Below, piece by piece: positions 21,569 through 31,089 of a stretch of 64,000 bases of DNA (position 1 is the first letter of the stretch; the number at the start of each line of letters is the position of its first letter). Source of the stretch: Steroidobacteraceae bacterium (GTDB lineage Bacteria > Pseudomonadota > Gammaproteobacteria > Steroidobacterales > Steroidobacteraceae); contig DAIQBB010000007.1 of the NCBI GenBank assembly GCA_036781365.1, positions 18,169 to 82,168 of the forward strand. The letters run 5' to 3'. Position numbers and translations under genes: made by a program. A model generated the notes under the pieces. It saw nothing but the letters and a program-made list of their open reading frames with translations. It searched no databases and was not told the origin of the DNA.

Positions 21569-24500
21569 ATGAGCCCCTGGACCCATTGGATGCAGCGATT
21601 GTGGCGCTGGATTGCCGCGTTCGTCGGCCTCTCAGCGCTCCTGCTCGCACTGGGGATCGGGGCTTTCCGCCTGGCGATCGAGCTCCTGCCGGGCTACCAG
21701 CAGCGCGTCGTCGAACGCCTGCGTGAGGCGACGGGACTCACGCTGCAGTTCGATTCCGTCCATGCACGCATCGGCCGGCATGGTCCCGAGGTCGTTTTTC
21801 GCGGCGCGCGCGTCCTGCCGGATTCGGGCGACGAGCCGCTCGTCACTGCGGCATCCGGCCGCGTCAGCCTCTCGATCCCCCGCTCGATCTGGTATCGCCG
21901 GATCGAAGTCTCGCGAGTGTCCTTCGTGCGGCCGCGTCTCAGTTTCGTGATCACTTCCGACGGCCGCATCCGGCTGGTCGGCCAGTCGGCATTGCAGCGG
22001 CCGGACGAAGAACACGAACCGATGACGCTCGATCGCCTGCCGCGCGGCCACTACGCTGTCACCGACGCGACCCTCGACGTCCTCGATCTGCGCGCGCGAC
22101 AGGGACGCTTCGAGTTGACCGGCGCGGACGTGGACATCCTGCGCAAGGGCGACGAGATCACGGTCGTCGGCCGCGTCGAATTGCCGGAGCATCTCGGCTC
22201 TTACATCGATTTCGAGGGCCAGGCGCATGGCAACCTCGCGAACTCCGACAAGGTTGCATGGCGCGGGCGCGTCGATGCACGCGACCTGAATCTTGAACAA
22301 TGGTCCGCGATGCTGCCGGATAGCTTCCGCGTACCGGCAGCCGGGCACGGGTCGATCCTCGTTTCCGCGAGCGGGGCCGGGCGCGATGTCACCAGCGTAC
22401 GTGTCCAGCCGGCGCTCTCGTATCTCCGGCTGGCCGGGTCCACCGACGAGTTCACGCGCGTGGCCGGCGACATCCGCGTCCAGAGCGACGCGTCCACGGT
22501 ATCGCTCGAGGCCTCGGGGCTCGAGCTGTCGCGCGCCGGCAAGCCTTGGCGGCCGACGAGCCTCGAGGCGCGCCTGACCCGCAAGGAAGGCCGCATCGTG
22601 GCGGTGGCCGCGCGCGCCGATTACCTGCGCATCGAGAACCTCGCGGTGTTCGCGGCAGTTCTGCCGCCGGGAACGCTGCGCGACCACATCACGACGCTCG
22701 CGCCTCGCGGCGAGTTGTTCGCGCTCGACTTCACGGCCGCCGACGTCGGCGCAAAGCGCATGCCGGACATCACGGGCCGCCTCCGCTTCACGGATCTCGG
22801 CTACGGCCCGCTCGGCAAGGCGGCCGGGATCACAGGTTTCGATGGCGAGGTCGAGGGACGCGGCGCCGGCGGCATCGTGACGCTTGCAACGCGCGACGCC
22901 ACTATCGACTGGCCGCAGCAATTGCGCGCACCGGCCCCGGTCGTGCGCGGAGAGGGACGCGTCGAGTGGGAGCGCTTCGGCAATGGCGTTCGCATCTGGC
23001 TCGATGACGCGCTCCTGGACAGCGGTCACGGAATTTCGCGCGGCAAGCTCCGGATGCTGCTTCGGCCCGGCGAGCTGCCGCTCATGGACGTCAGCGCGAC
23101 GGCGACAGATTTCGACGTGACGCAGCTCTGGCGCTACCTGCAGACCGGCCGCCTGAAACCGAAGACGATTGGCTGGCTCGACGCGGCCTTTCGCGCGGGC
23201 CGCGTGACGCAGGCGACGGTTTCCATCACCGGCCCGACAGGCGGCTTCCCTTACCGCGAAGGCCAGGGGGTGTTCCGCGCGAGCGGCCATGTGACGGGCG
23301 TGAACCTTTTCTACGCGCCCGGCTGGCCGGAGCTGCGTGGAATCGAATCCGATTTCAGCTTCGATGGCCCGGCGCTGCACGCGGTCGCAAGCCGCGGCAG
23401 CATCGGTGGCATTCCGTTCACTGCGGCCGAGATCAACAGTGGCGACCTGCGCGACGCGGTCTTCGCCACTCGCGGCACGGCAGAAACAGACGCCGGGCTC
23501 GGCATCCGCATGCTGCAGGGCACGCCGCTCGCTCCTTCGTTCGGGACAGTGTTCGCCGAGCTCACCGGCTCGGGTCCGGTGAAGGCCGAACTCGCGATGG
23601 TCCTGCCAATCAAGGATCTGGAACGCCGCGTCGTCACCGTGATGGCGAAACTCGACGGCGTCTCGCTCCAGCACAAGCGCTCGCCGATCAGCGCGACTGA
23701 CATCGTCGGCGACCTCTGGGTCCGCAATCGGGAAATGCAGGCGCCGGCTCTTTCGGGTCGCGCCCTCGGAGGGCGCTGGCAGGCTTCGATTGCGACGACG
23801 GTGCTTGCCAGCGGAAATCTCCGCACCCGTGTCGATGCCACGGGCACCGTGCAGGGCTCCGCCCTGCAGCCCGTTGCACGCATGCCGGTCAATGCGGGCT
23901 TGTCCGGGAGCACATCGTGGAGCGGGTCGATCGACCTCGAGCGCAACGTCGATCCGGAGCGTCCGGCGCGCGGCACGGCGCGCATTGCGAGCGATCTCCG
24001 CGGTCTTGCGTCGGAGCTGCCCGAGCCGTTCGACAAGAGCGCGGATACGGTGCGCCCCCTCTCTCTTGCGGCGAGCTTCGACGGCACCAGCGGCCCGCGC
24101 ATCGAGGGTTCATATGGCCGCGACGTGAACGCACTGCTGCAATGGCGGAGCAGCGCGGACAAGGCGCCGGTTGAGCGCGGCATCGTCGCGTTCGGCGGCG
24201 CGATTCCCGATGCCCTGCCGAAGACCGCCGGGCTGTGGCTCACCGGCAGCGTCGATTCCGCGAGCCTGACGAAGTTGCTCGACCTGAAATGGGACGAGCC
24301 GCGAGGGCGCCCGATACAGGAATGGATTGGTGGCGCCGACCTGACGATCGATCGCTTCGAGGCACTTGGCTATGCCTTCAGAAAGGTGAGAGGCGGGCTG
24401 CGGCCCGGCAAGCGAGCCTGGGACGTCATGGTGAATGGCAGCGCGATGGCCGGCAGCCTCGCGGTGCCATTCACGTTTCCGGGCGAGGTGCCGATGGTGC

Positions 24501-25417
24501 TGGCGTTCGACCGCCTGCATATCGACGAACGGGCGCCGGGATTCGGCGAACGCCCGGATCCCGATCCTCGTAAGCTCCCGGCAATCCGCGTGGATATCGG
24601 CGACTTCATTTTCGACAAGCGAAGCTTCGGTCACGTCGAGGCGGAATTCGCGCGCGGAACGGCCGGCATGACGCTCAATCGATTCACGATGAAGCATCCG
24701 GGCTTCAGCGCGGAGGGGCGAGGCAGCTGGCTCATCCGCGACCAGTCCGCGGAATGTCGCCTCGAGTTCGATGTCGATACGGCCGACGTCCAGGCCTTCA
24801 TGAACGCGATGCAGCTCGGCGCACTTGTCGAAGGCGAAGACGGTCGCGTGTCCGCGCGCCTGAGCTGGCCGGGTCCGCCGGAGGCGAGCGCCATTAACCG
24901 CGTTTCCGGGAGGCTCGAGATCTCGGCGGCCAACGGCAACCTGACATCCGTCGAGCCTGGCGCGGGTCGCGTCTTTGGCCTGATGAGCATTGCGCACCTG
25001 CCGCGGCGACTGGCGCTCGATTTCGGCGACCTGACGGGCGAGGGGCTGTCCTTCGACACGCTGCGTGGCACTTTCCGGCTGAACAATGGCGACGCCTTCA
25101 CCGACAACCTGACATTGCGCGGCTCCGCCGCGGAAATCGGCATTGCCGGCCACACGAACCTGCGAGACCGGACCTACGACCAGACCGCGGTCGTGACCGG
25201 CCAGCTCGGCGCCTCGCTCGGTGTCGCGGGCGCACTTGCGGGCGGGCCGGCGGTCGGTGCGGCATTGCTGCTTTTTTCGCAGATTTTCAAGGAACCTCTC
25301 AAGGGCGTGACCCGGGGCTACTATCGGATCACCGGCAGCTGGGATGATCCGCAGGTGCGACGCATCGACGCCCAGGAGATGAAGGACGACCGCCAGGCGT
25401 CGCAGGGACCGACATGA
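21569..25417 (+). CDS. yhdP: YhdP-family large envelope protein (AsmA-like)
   Basis: 1282 aa with a single N-terminal TM (WIAAFVGLSALLLALGIGAF). Its size and its position between maf and tldD match E. coli yhdP. No rng gene lies between here. Confidence 0.8.
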   Translation: MSPWTHWMQRLWRWIAAFVGLSALLLALGIGAFRLAIELLPGYQQRVVERLREATGLTLQFDSVHARIGRHGPEVVFRGARVLPDSGDEPLVTAASGRVSLSIPRSIWYRRIEVSRVSFVRPRLSFVITSDGRIRLVGQSALQRPDEEHEPMTLDRLPRGHYAVTDATLDVLDLRARQGRFELTGADVDILRKGDEITVVGRVELPEHLGSYIDFEGQAHGNLANSDKVAWRGRVDARDLNLEQWSAMLPDSFRVPAAGHGSILVSASGAGRDVTSVRVQPALSYLRLAGSTDEFTRVAGDIRVQSDASTVSLEASGLELSRAGKPWRPTSLEARLTRKEGRIVAVAARADYLRIENLAVFAAVLPPGTLRDHITTLAPRGELFALDFTAADVGAKRMPDITGRLRFTDLGYGPLGKAAGITGFDGEVEGRGAGGIVTLATRDATIDWPQQLRAPAPVVRGEGRVEWERFGNGVRIWLDDALLDSGHGISRGKLRMLLRPGELPLMDVSATATDFDVTQLWRYLQTGRLKPKTIGWLDAAFRAGRVTQATVSITGPTGGFPYREGQGVFRASGHVTGVNLFYAPGWPELRGIESDFSFDGPALHAVASRGSIGGIPFTAAEINSGDLRDAVFATRGTAETDAGLGIRMLQGTPLAPSFGTVFAELTGSGPVKAELAMVLPIKDLERRVVTVMAKLDGVSLQHKRSPISATDIVGDLWVRNREMQAPALSGRALGGRWQASIATTVLASGNLRTRVDATGTVQGSALQPVARMPVNAGLSGSTSWSGSIDLERNVDPERPARGTARIASDLRGLASELPEPFDKSADTVRPLSLAASFDGTSGPRIEGSYGRDVNALLQWRSSADKAPVERGIVAFGGAIPDALPKTAGLWLTGSVDSASLTKLLDLKWDEPRGRPIQEWIGGADLTIDRFEALGYAFRKVRGGLRPGKRAWDVMVNGSAMAGSLAVPFTFPGEVPMVLAFDRLHIDERAPGFGERPDPDPRKLPAIRVDIGDFIFDKRSFGHVEAEFARGTAGMTLNRFTMKHPGFSAEGRGSWLIRDQSAECRLEFDVDTADVQAFMNAMQLGALVEGEDGRVSARLSWPGPPEASAINRVSGRLEISAANGNLTSVEPGAGRVFGLMSIAHLPRRLALDFGDLTGEGLSFDTLRGTFRLNNGDAFTDNLTLRGSAAEIGIAGHTNLRDRTYDQTAVVTGQLGASLGVAGALAGGPAVGAALLLFSQIFKEPLKGVTRGYYRITGSWDDPQVRRIDAQEMKDDRQASQGPT

Positions 25418-26232
25418 ACCATCCGATCGTCGCCGCCATCCAGATGACGTCGCTCGCCGATGTCGCGCGAAATCTCGCGACCGCCCGGCGGCTCCTCGCC
25501 GAGGCACGGGATCAAGGCGCCTGCCTCGCGGTGTTGCCGGAGAATTTCTCATTCATGGGCCGCAATGAGGCGGAACGCCGGCAGATCGTCGAGCGGGATG
25601 CCGACGGGCCGGTCCAGGACGCGATGTCGGCCCTGGCGCGCGAATTGCGGATCTGGATTGTCGCCGGCACGCAGCCGATCGCAGTTGAAGGCGATCCGCG
25701 GCCGGCCAACGCCTGCGTGGTTTACGACGACGCGGGCAAGCGAGCGGCGCGATACGACAAGATCCACCTGTTCGACGTCGACCTGCCGGGCGGCCGCGAG
25801 GGCTATCGCGAGTCCGCCAATGCCGTGCCCGGCGCAAAGCCGGTGCTGGTCGAAACGCCCGCCGGCCGTCTCGGGCTGACCGTATGCTACGATTTGCGCT
25901 TCCCCGAATTGTTCCGCCGACTCGTTTCGGAAGGAGCCGAGATCTTCAGCGTGCCGTCCGCATTCACGAGCCCGACCGGTCGCGCGCACTGGGAGACGCT
26001 GCTCCGGGCGCGTGCTATCGAGAACCTCTGCTTCGTGATCGCGGCCGCCCAGAGCGGGGTTCACGACAGCAACCGCGAAACCTACGGCGACAGCCTGGTC
26101 GCGGACTACTGGGGCCGCGTGCTGGCGCGCGAACCGCGCGGCAGCCGCGTCGTCACGGCAGCGCTCGATCGGGATGGGCAGCGGTCGACGCGCGAAGGCT
26201 TCCCTGCCTTGCGGCACCGGGTCCTGGCATGA
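25414..26232 (+). CDS. Carbon-nitrogen hydrolase family protein (Nit/omega-amidase-like)
   Basis: 272 aa with catalytic Cys context [13 protein letters not shown] and Glu context AVLPENF. The ATGA start overlaps the yhdP stop. Confidence 0.85.
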   Translation: MNHPIVAAIQMTSLADVARNLATARRLLAEARDQGACLAVLPENFSFMGRNEAERRQIVERDADGPVQDAMSALARELRIWIVAGTQPIAVEGDPRPANACVVYDDAGKRAARYDKIHLFDVDLPGGREGYRESANAVPGAKPVLVETPAGRLGLTVCYDLRFPELFRRLVSEGAEIFSVPSAFTSPTGRAHWETLLRARAIENLCFVIAAAQSGVHDSNRETYGDSLVADYWGRVLAREPRGSRVVTAALDRDGQRSTREGFPALRHRVLA

Positions 26233-27671
26233 CGACCGACGCACTCCAATGTGCGCGTGACCGGATCCTGGCGCCGTCGGGGCTCGACGACCGGCGCCTC
26301 GAGCAGGCACTCGGCTCGCTGCTCGGCGCGAGCGTCGATGCCGGCGATCTCTATTTCCAGCTGTCGCGCGAGGAGCATTGGGCCCTCGAAGACGGCATCG
26401 TCAAGGAAGGCAGTCACGGCATCGAGCAGGGTGTCGGGGTGCGCGCGATGGCCGGCGAGCGCACGGGCTTCGCGTACTCGGATGAGGTCGTGCCGTCGGC
26501 GCTGCTCGAAGCCGCGAAGGCCGCTCGCGCCATCGCACGCGAGGGCGGGAAGGGCCAGGTCCAGGCCTGGCACGCGACCGCGGCGCACCGGCTCTATCCT
26601 CCCGACGACCCGATCGCGTCGCTCGCCGACGCGGACAAAGTCGCGCTCCTGACTGAGCTTGACCGCCACGCGCGATCGATCGATCCGCGCGTCAAGCAGG
26701 TCGTGGCAACCCTTGCCGCCGTGCACGAGATCATTCTGGTCGCCGCGAGCGACGGCACGCTCGCCGCGGACGTGCGGCCGCTCGTGCGAATGAATGTCTC
26801 CGTCATCGTCGAGCAGGACGGACGCCGCGAGCAGGGCTATGCGGGAACCGGCGGCCGCTATTCGCTCGAGGAGTTCATCGCGGGCGAGAAACCGCTCCGC
26901 CTCGCGCGCGAGGCCGTGCGCCAGGCGACCGTCAACCTCGAATCCGTGCCTGCGCCAGCGGGCCCGATGACGGTCGTGCTCGGTCCGGGCTGGCCGGGCG
27001 TGCTGCTTCATGAAGCCATTGGCCACGGACTCGAGGGCGATTTCAACCGCCGTGGAACCTCGGCGTTCACCGGACGAATCGGGGAAAAAGTGGCTTCCCC
27101 GCTTTGCACTGTCGTGGACGATGGCACGCTGCCCGGGCGGCGCGGCTCGCTGAACATCGACGACGAGGGAACGCCGACTTCGTGCACGACGCTCATCGAG
27201 AACGGCGTGTTGAAAGGCTATCTGCAGGACAAGCTGAATGCGCGCCTCATGGGCGCAAAGCCGACCGGGAACGGACGGCGTGAATCCTTCGCGCACACGA
27301 CAATGCCGCGAATGACGAATACCTACATGCTGCCGGGACCGCACGATCCGCAGGAGATCATCCGCTCGGTCAAGCGCGGCCTGTACGCCGTCAACTTCGG
27401 CGGCGGCCAGGTGGACATCACCTCGGGGAAATTCGTGTTCTCCGCGAGCGAGGCCTACCTGATCGAGGACGGCAGGGTCACGGCGCCGGTCAAGGGCGCA
27501 ACGCTCGTCGGCAACGGGCCGGATGTGCTGACACGCGTCAGCATGGTCGGCAACGACCTGATGCTCGACGAGGGAATCGGCAGCTGCGGCAAGGACGGAC
27601 AAACGGTGCCAGTCGGTGTCGGTCAGCCGACGCTGCGCGTCGATACCCTGACTGTGGGCGGTACGGGCTGA
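26229..27671 (+). CDS. tldD: Metalloprotease TldD
   Basis: Internal ATG at 26229 ([14 protein letters not shown]...) giving 480 aa, with [11 protein letters not shown]. The track ORF 25884.. is over-extended across nit. Confidence 0.95.
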   Translation: MTTDALQCARDRILAPSGLDDRRLEQALGSLLGASVDAGDLYFQLSREEHWALEDGIVKEGSHGIEQGVGVRAMAGERTGFAYSDEVVPSALLEAAKAARAIAREGGKGQVQAWHATAAHRLYPPDDPIASLADADKVALLTELDRHARSIDPRVKQVVATLAAVHEIILVAASDGTLAADVRPLVRMNVSVIVEQDGRREQGYAGTGGRYSLEEFIAGEKPLRLAREAVRQATVNLESVPAPAGPMTVVLGPGWPGVLLHEAIGHGLEGDFNRRGTSAFTGRIGEKVASPLCTVVDDGTLPGRRGSLNIDDEGTPTSCTTLIENGVLKGYLQDKLNARLMGAKPTGNGRRESFAHTTMPRMTNTYMLPGPHDPQEIIRSVKRGLYAVNFGGGQVDITSGKFVFSASEAYLIEDGRVTAPVKGATLVGNGPDVLTRVSMVGNDLMLDEGIGSCGKDGQTVPVGVGQPTLRVDTLTVGGTG

Positions 27672-27687
27672 GGGTCCGGGTACTTCG

Positions 27688-27912
27688 ATGCGCGTCGCCA
27701 GCCCGCTCTACGAATCGCTGCCTTACGCATACATTGCGATCGGCGCCGCCGCCATCTTTGCGTCCTTCGCCTGGCGCGTGGCCGAGTGGTCGGGAATCAT
27801 GGCGGGGTTCGGGGTCGTTGCAGTCGTAGGCGGGCTCGTGCTCGTGCTCCGGCGCCGCGACTACCGTATCCAGAAGCGCCACTACGGCGCGGATTTCGAC
27901 GAAGAGGGCTAG
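27688..27912 (+). CDS. Hypothetical small membrane protein (2 predicted TM)
   Basis: 74 aa with two hydrophobic segments (YAYIAIGAAAIFASFAW and GIMAGFGVVAVVGGLVLVL) and a charged tail. The SD is weak and no family is recognised. Confidence 0.35.
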   Translation: MRVASPLYESLPYAYIAIGAAAIFASFAWRVAEWSGIMAGFGVVAVVGGLVLVLRRRDYRIQKRHYGADFDEEG

Positions 27913-29204
27913 GACGCCGCGCCTGCAGCCGGGACTTCGTCGTCGGGCTCATCCTCTCCGCCGGGCCGTCCGCCGAGCGCCTCGTGATCGCCGGTAGGAT
28001 CCATCGCCTGGCCGCGCCCGCGGACTGAGCGCTCGTCGATATACATGATCTCGTGCCTGCCGAGCACGACCACGTCGCCGTCGTTCAGGTGATGGCGGCG
28101 GATGCGCTTCGACTTCACGTAGACGCCGTTCGTGCTGTTGAGGTCCTCGAGCACGCTGCCTTCGCCGGTCGTCGTGATCTGGCAGTGGTGGCGGCTGATG
28201 AACTTGCTCTCGATCTGCACGTCATTGTCGGCGGTGCGACCGATGATCAGGCGACCGATCCTGAGCGGCCGCTCCTCGACGTGCTCGCCGCCGTGCGCCA
28301 CGATGATGCGCGCCACCACCTCGTCGCTCGAGATCACCCTCGGCGCGGCCGCGATTTGGGCAATACCGGCGCGCATGCGATTCGTGCGCGCAGCGAACTC
28401 CACCCACTGCAGCTCGTCGATGGCGTCCTTGAGCTCGGTCATGCCGACGCCAGGTTGACCGGATGAAAACGCGATCATGAGCGCCGTGTCGCAGAGCGTG
28501 TTGACGAGGCGAGGCACGCCGCCGGTGTAGCGGTAGATGACCGGCAGTGTTTCCGGCTCGAAGAGCTGCCGGCCATGTGCGCCCGCGACCTCGAGTCGAT
28601 GCAGGATATACGCCTGGGTTTCCTCCGGCGTCAGCGCAGTCAGGTGGAAACGGAGGCGAATGCGCTGCACCAGCTGGACGAGTTCGGCCGAATCCAGTTT
28701 TTCATTGAGTTCCGGCTGCCCCGCCAGGATGATGCGCAGCACCTTTTCCTTCGTCGTCTCGACGCCGGACAGCAGGCGGATTTCCTCGAGCACGCGGTTC
28801 GAGAGATTCTGGGCCTCGTCGACGATCAGCATGACCTTGCGCCCCGCCGCGTATTGCTCGACGAGGAACTGGTTCAAGGTCGCGATCAGCTCGGCCTTGC
28901 GCATCTTGAACGGCGAGAAGCCGAACTGGACGAGCACGGCCTGCAGGAATTCGATGGGGGAGACCTGGGTCTGCGCGACCTGGGCGACGACGACGTCCTT
29001 CTCGAGCTCGCGCAGGAACGTCTCGACCAGAGTCGTCTTGCCGGAGCCGATTTCGCCGGTGATGACGACGAAGCCGTCGGTGAACCAGATCGTCGATTCC
29101 ATGTACGCCTTGGCGCGCGCATGGTGTTTCGAGAGATAGAGGAACGACGGGTCCGGGCTCAGCCGGAACGGCAATTCGCTCAGGTTGAAGTGTTCGAGGT
29201 ACAT
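27909..29204 (-). CDS. ExeA/GspA-like AAA+ ATPase fused to a C-terminal FHA domain
   Basis: 431 aa. The N-terminus MYLEHFNLSELPFRLSPDPSFLYLSKHH, Walker A GEIGSGKTTL, Walker B MLIVDEAQNL and ...GGVPRLVNTLCD are typical of the ExeA/MshM/TIGR03015-type ATPases. The C-terminus IGRTADNDVQIESKFISRHHCQI...EDLNSTNGVYV is a canonical FHA signature. Confidence 0.8.
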   Translation of the reverse strand: MYLEHFNLSELPFRLSPDPSFLYLSKHHARAKAYMESTIWFTDGFVVITGEIGSGKTTLVETFLRELEKDVVVAQVAQTQVSPIEFLQAVLVQFGFSPFKMRKAELIATLNQFLVEQYAAGRKVMLIVDEAQNLSNRVLEEIRLLSGVETTKEKVLRIILAGQPELNEKLDSAELVQLVQRIRLRFHLTALTPEETQAYILHRLEVAGAHGRQLFEPETLPVIYRYTGGVPRLVNTLCDTALMIAFSSGQPGVGMTELKDAIDELQWVEFAARTNRMRAGIAQIAAAPRVISSDEVVARIIVAHGGEHVEERPLRIGRLIIGRTADNDVQIESKFISRHHCQITTTGEGSVLEDLNSTNGVYVKSKRIRRHHLNDGDVVVLGRHEIMYIDERSVRGRGQAMDPTGDHEALGGRPGGEDEPDDEVPAAGAAS

Positions 29205-29245
29205 GCAGTCGCACAGGCTAGCACAAGCGCAAGTGCCGGTTCCGG

Positions 29246-30331
29246 CTAGGAAATCAACCGGCGTCGCAGTTGCCGCGCCACCCGGTCGCGCAGCGCGCGC
29301 TTCGATGTGACAAAGGTCACATGGCCCAATTTCCGGCCGGGCCGGGGCGCTTTGCCATAGTCGTGCAAGTGCATGCCGGCGGTGGCCAATAACTTTTCCG
29401 CCACCGGCATCCGGCCAATCAGGTTCACCATCACCGAGTGCCCGCGCGGACGCGTGTCGCCGAGCGGCAGGCCCGCAATCGCCCGGACGTGATTCTCGAA
29501 CTGGCTGGTCTCGGCGCCTTCGATCGACCAGTGGCCCGAGTTATGCACGCGAGGCGCCATCTCGTTTGCGACCAGCCGTCCGCGCTCGACGAAGTACTCG
29601 ACGCAGAGGACGCCGACGTAGCCGAGCGCCATGAACAGGCGGTGGTGATTGCGCTGGGCCGCAAGTTGCAGCCGAAGGCTCGTGAAGGGCGCCCGCGTGA
29701 CCGCGAGGATGCCCTGCTCGTGCTCGTTTTCGGCGAGAGGGTAATTGCGGACTGATCCCGCCCGATCGCGGACTGCGACGAGCGAGACCTCGCGCGAGAA
29801 ATTCACGAAGCGCTCGTAGATGAGCGACTGCCCGCGCAGCCGTGCCCAGGCATCGCCCGCATCGCGGGCTTGCCGCACTCGCGCCTGGCCTTTGCCGTCA
29901 TAGCCGAGCCGCCGCGTCTTGAGTATTCCCGGCACGCCGAGTCTTGTGATCGCCCGGGCGAGGTCAGCCTCGGAATCGACCGCTGCGAACGGTGCGACGC
30001 GCATGCCGAGACGCTGGAAGAGGTGCTTTTCGAACAGCCGGTCCTGCGCGACCTCGAGCGCGCGCGGTGGCGGCCACACCGGACGGATTTTCGCGATTGC
30101 GCGTGCCGACGCGACGGGCACGTTTTCCCAGTCGACGGTCACGACGTCGACGCTGCGCGCGAAGCGCTCGAGCTTCTTGCTGTCGTCGAATGCGCCCGTG
30201 ACGATCTTCGCGACGGCCGCGCCGGGAACTGTGGCGCTCCGGTCGTACATGGTGAATTCGAGTCCGAGCGGAATGCCGGACAGGGCCATCATCCGGCCGA
30301 GCTGTCCGGCGCCGATGATGCCGATGCGCAT
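29246..30331 (-). CDS. purK: N5-carboxyaminoimidazole ribonucleotide synthase
   Basis: Internal ATG at 30331 (MRIGIIGAGQLGRMMA...) giving 361 aa of ATP-grasp fold. It lies 8 nt after the purE stop. The track ORF is over-extended into purE. Confidence 0.93.
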   Translation of the reverse strand: MRIGIIGAGQLGRMMALSGIPLGLEFTMYDRSATVPGAAVAKIVTGAFDDSKKLERFARSVDVVTVDWENVPVASARAIAKIRPVWPPPRALEVAQDRLFEKHLFQRLGMRVAPFAAVDSEADLARAITRLGVPGILKTRRLGYDGKGQARVRQARDAGDAWARLRGQSLIYERFVNFSREVSLVAVRDRAGSVRNYPLAENEHEQGILAVTRAPFTSLRLQLAAQRNHHRLFMALGYVGVLCVEYFVERGRLVANEMAPRVHNSGHWSIEGAETSQFENHVRAIAGLPLGDTRPRGHSVMVNLIGRMPVAEKLLATAGMHLHDYGKAPRPGRKLGHVTFVTSKRALRDRVARQLRRRLIS

Positions 30332-30338
30332 GGATGCC

Positions 30339-30830
30339 TCAGCCGACGGCCGGGTCCGGTTTCGCCAGGACTTCCGCGGTCTGTCGCTCACGGAACGCGC
30401 GGAGCGCATCCTTGAACGGCGGGTGGTGTCCGGCGAGGATCGCGGCGGCGAGAAGGGCCGCATTCCGCGCGCCCGGCTCGCCGATCGCGACGGTCGCCAC
30501 CGGGATGCCCGCAGGCATCTGGGCGATCGAAAGCAATGAATCGAGGCCGTTCAGCGCCTTTGACTGGATCGGGACGCCGATGACGGGCAGCAATGTCTTC
30601 GACGCGGTCATGCCGGGCAGGTGTGCGGCGCCGCCCGCACCCGCGATCAGGACTTCGAGGCCTCGCTCCGCCGCCGAGCTGGCGTACTCGAACAGGAGAT
30701 CGGGCGTGCGGTGCGCGGAAATGACGCGGCTCTCGAAGGGCACCGAGAGCGCGGTCAGGACCTCGGCTGCGTGCCGCATTGTGTCCCAGTCGGACGACGA
30801 GCCCATGATGATGCCGACCAGCGGTTTCAT
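30339..30830 (-). CDS. purE: N5-CAIR mutase
   Basis: 163 aa: [21 protein letters not shown]...SAHRTPD. Confidence 0.96.
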   Translation of the reverse strand: MKPLVGIIMGSSSDWDTMRHAAEVLTALSVPFESRVISAHRTPDLLFEYASSAAERGLEVLIAGAGGAAHLPGMTASKTLLPVIGVPIQSKALNGLDSLLSIAQMPAGIPVATVAIGEPGARNAALLAAAILAGHHPPFKDALRAFRERQTAEVLAKPDPAVG

Positions 30831-31089
30831 CGCGGGAGTCTAGCAAAACGGCCAATGGCGCGGCCTTTCGACCCGCTCAAGTGACTGTCGTGAAAGGAAA
30901 GACGGCTGCGGCAAGAACCTGAAATACCCCTGCGCCGACAGGGAGTGGTGCGGCGCAGGGGGGATGCCCGAAGATCAGGGGATGCTTGATACGCTGGGCA
31001 ACGCAGTCAGGCTAGCGCGCCATGACTTTCCGACAACCCCGGCTCTGTCTCCGGAAGGCGACAGCGTCCTACAAGAAGGCTCGTCATAG

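Noticed and set aside
25884-27671. N-terminally extended versions of real genes in the ORF track. These are 25884..27671 tldD, 35025..36470, 40246..40989 rplM, 44508..45542 ygfB, 45181..46836 pepP, 46629..48062 ubiH, 59102..60829 gcvPA, 60522..62303 gcvPB, 62394..63773 pfkB, 54709..56262 ispG, 29246..30463 purK and 48407..51496.
   Set aside because: The extensions overlap the upstream gene in another frame and are Arg/Pro-rich. Internal starts reproduce the canonical family N-termini and sit next to upstream stop codons.
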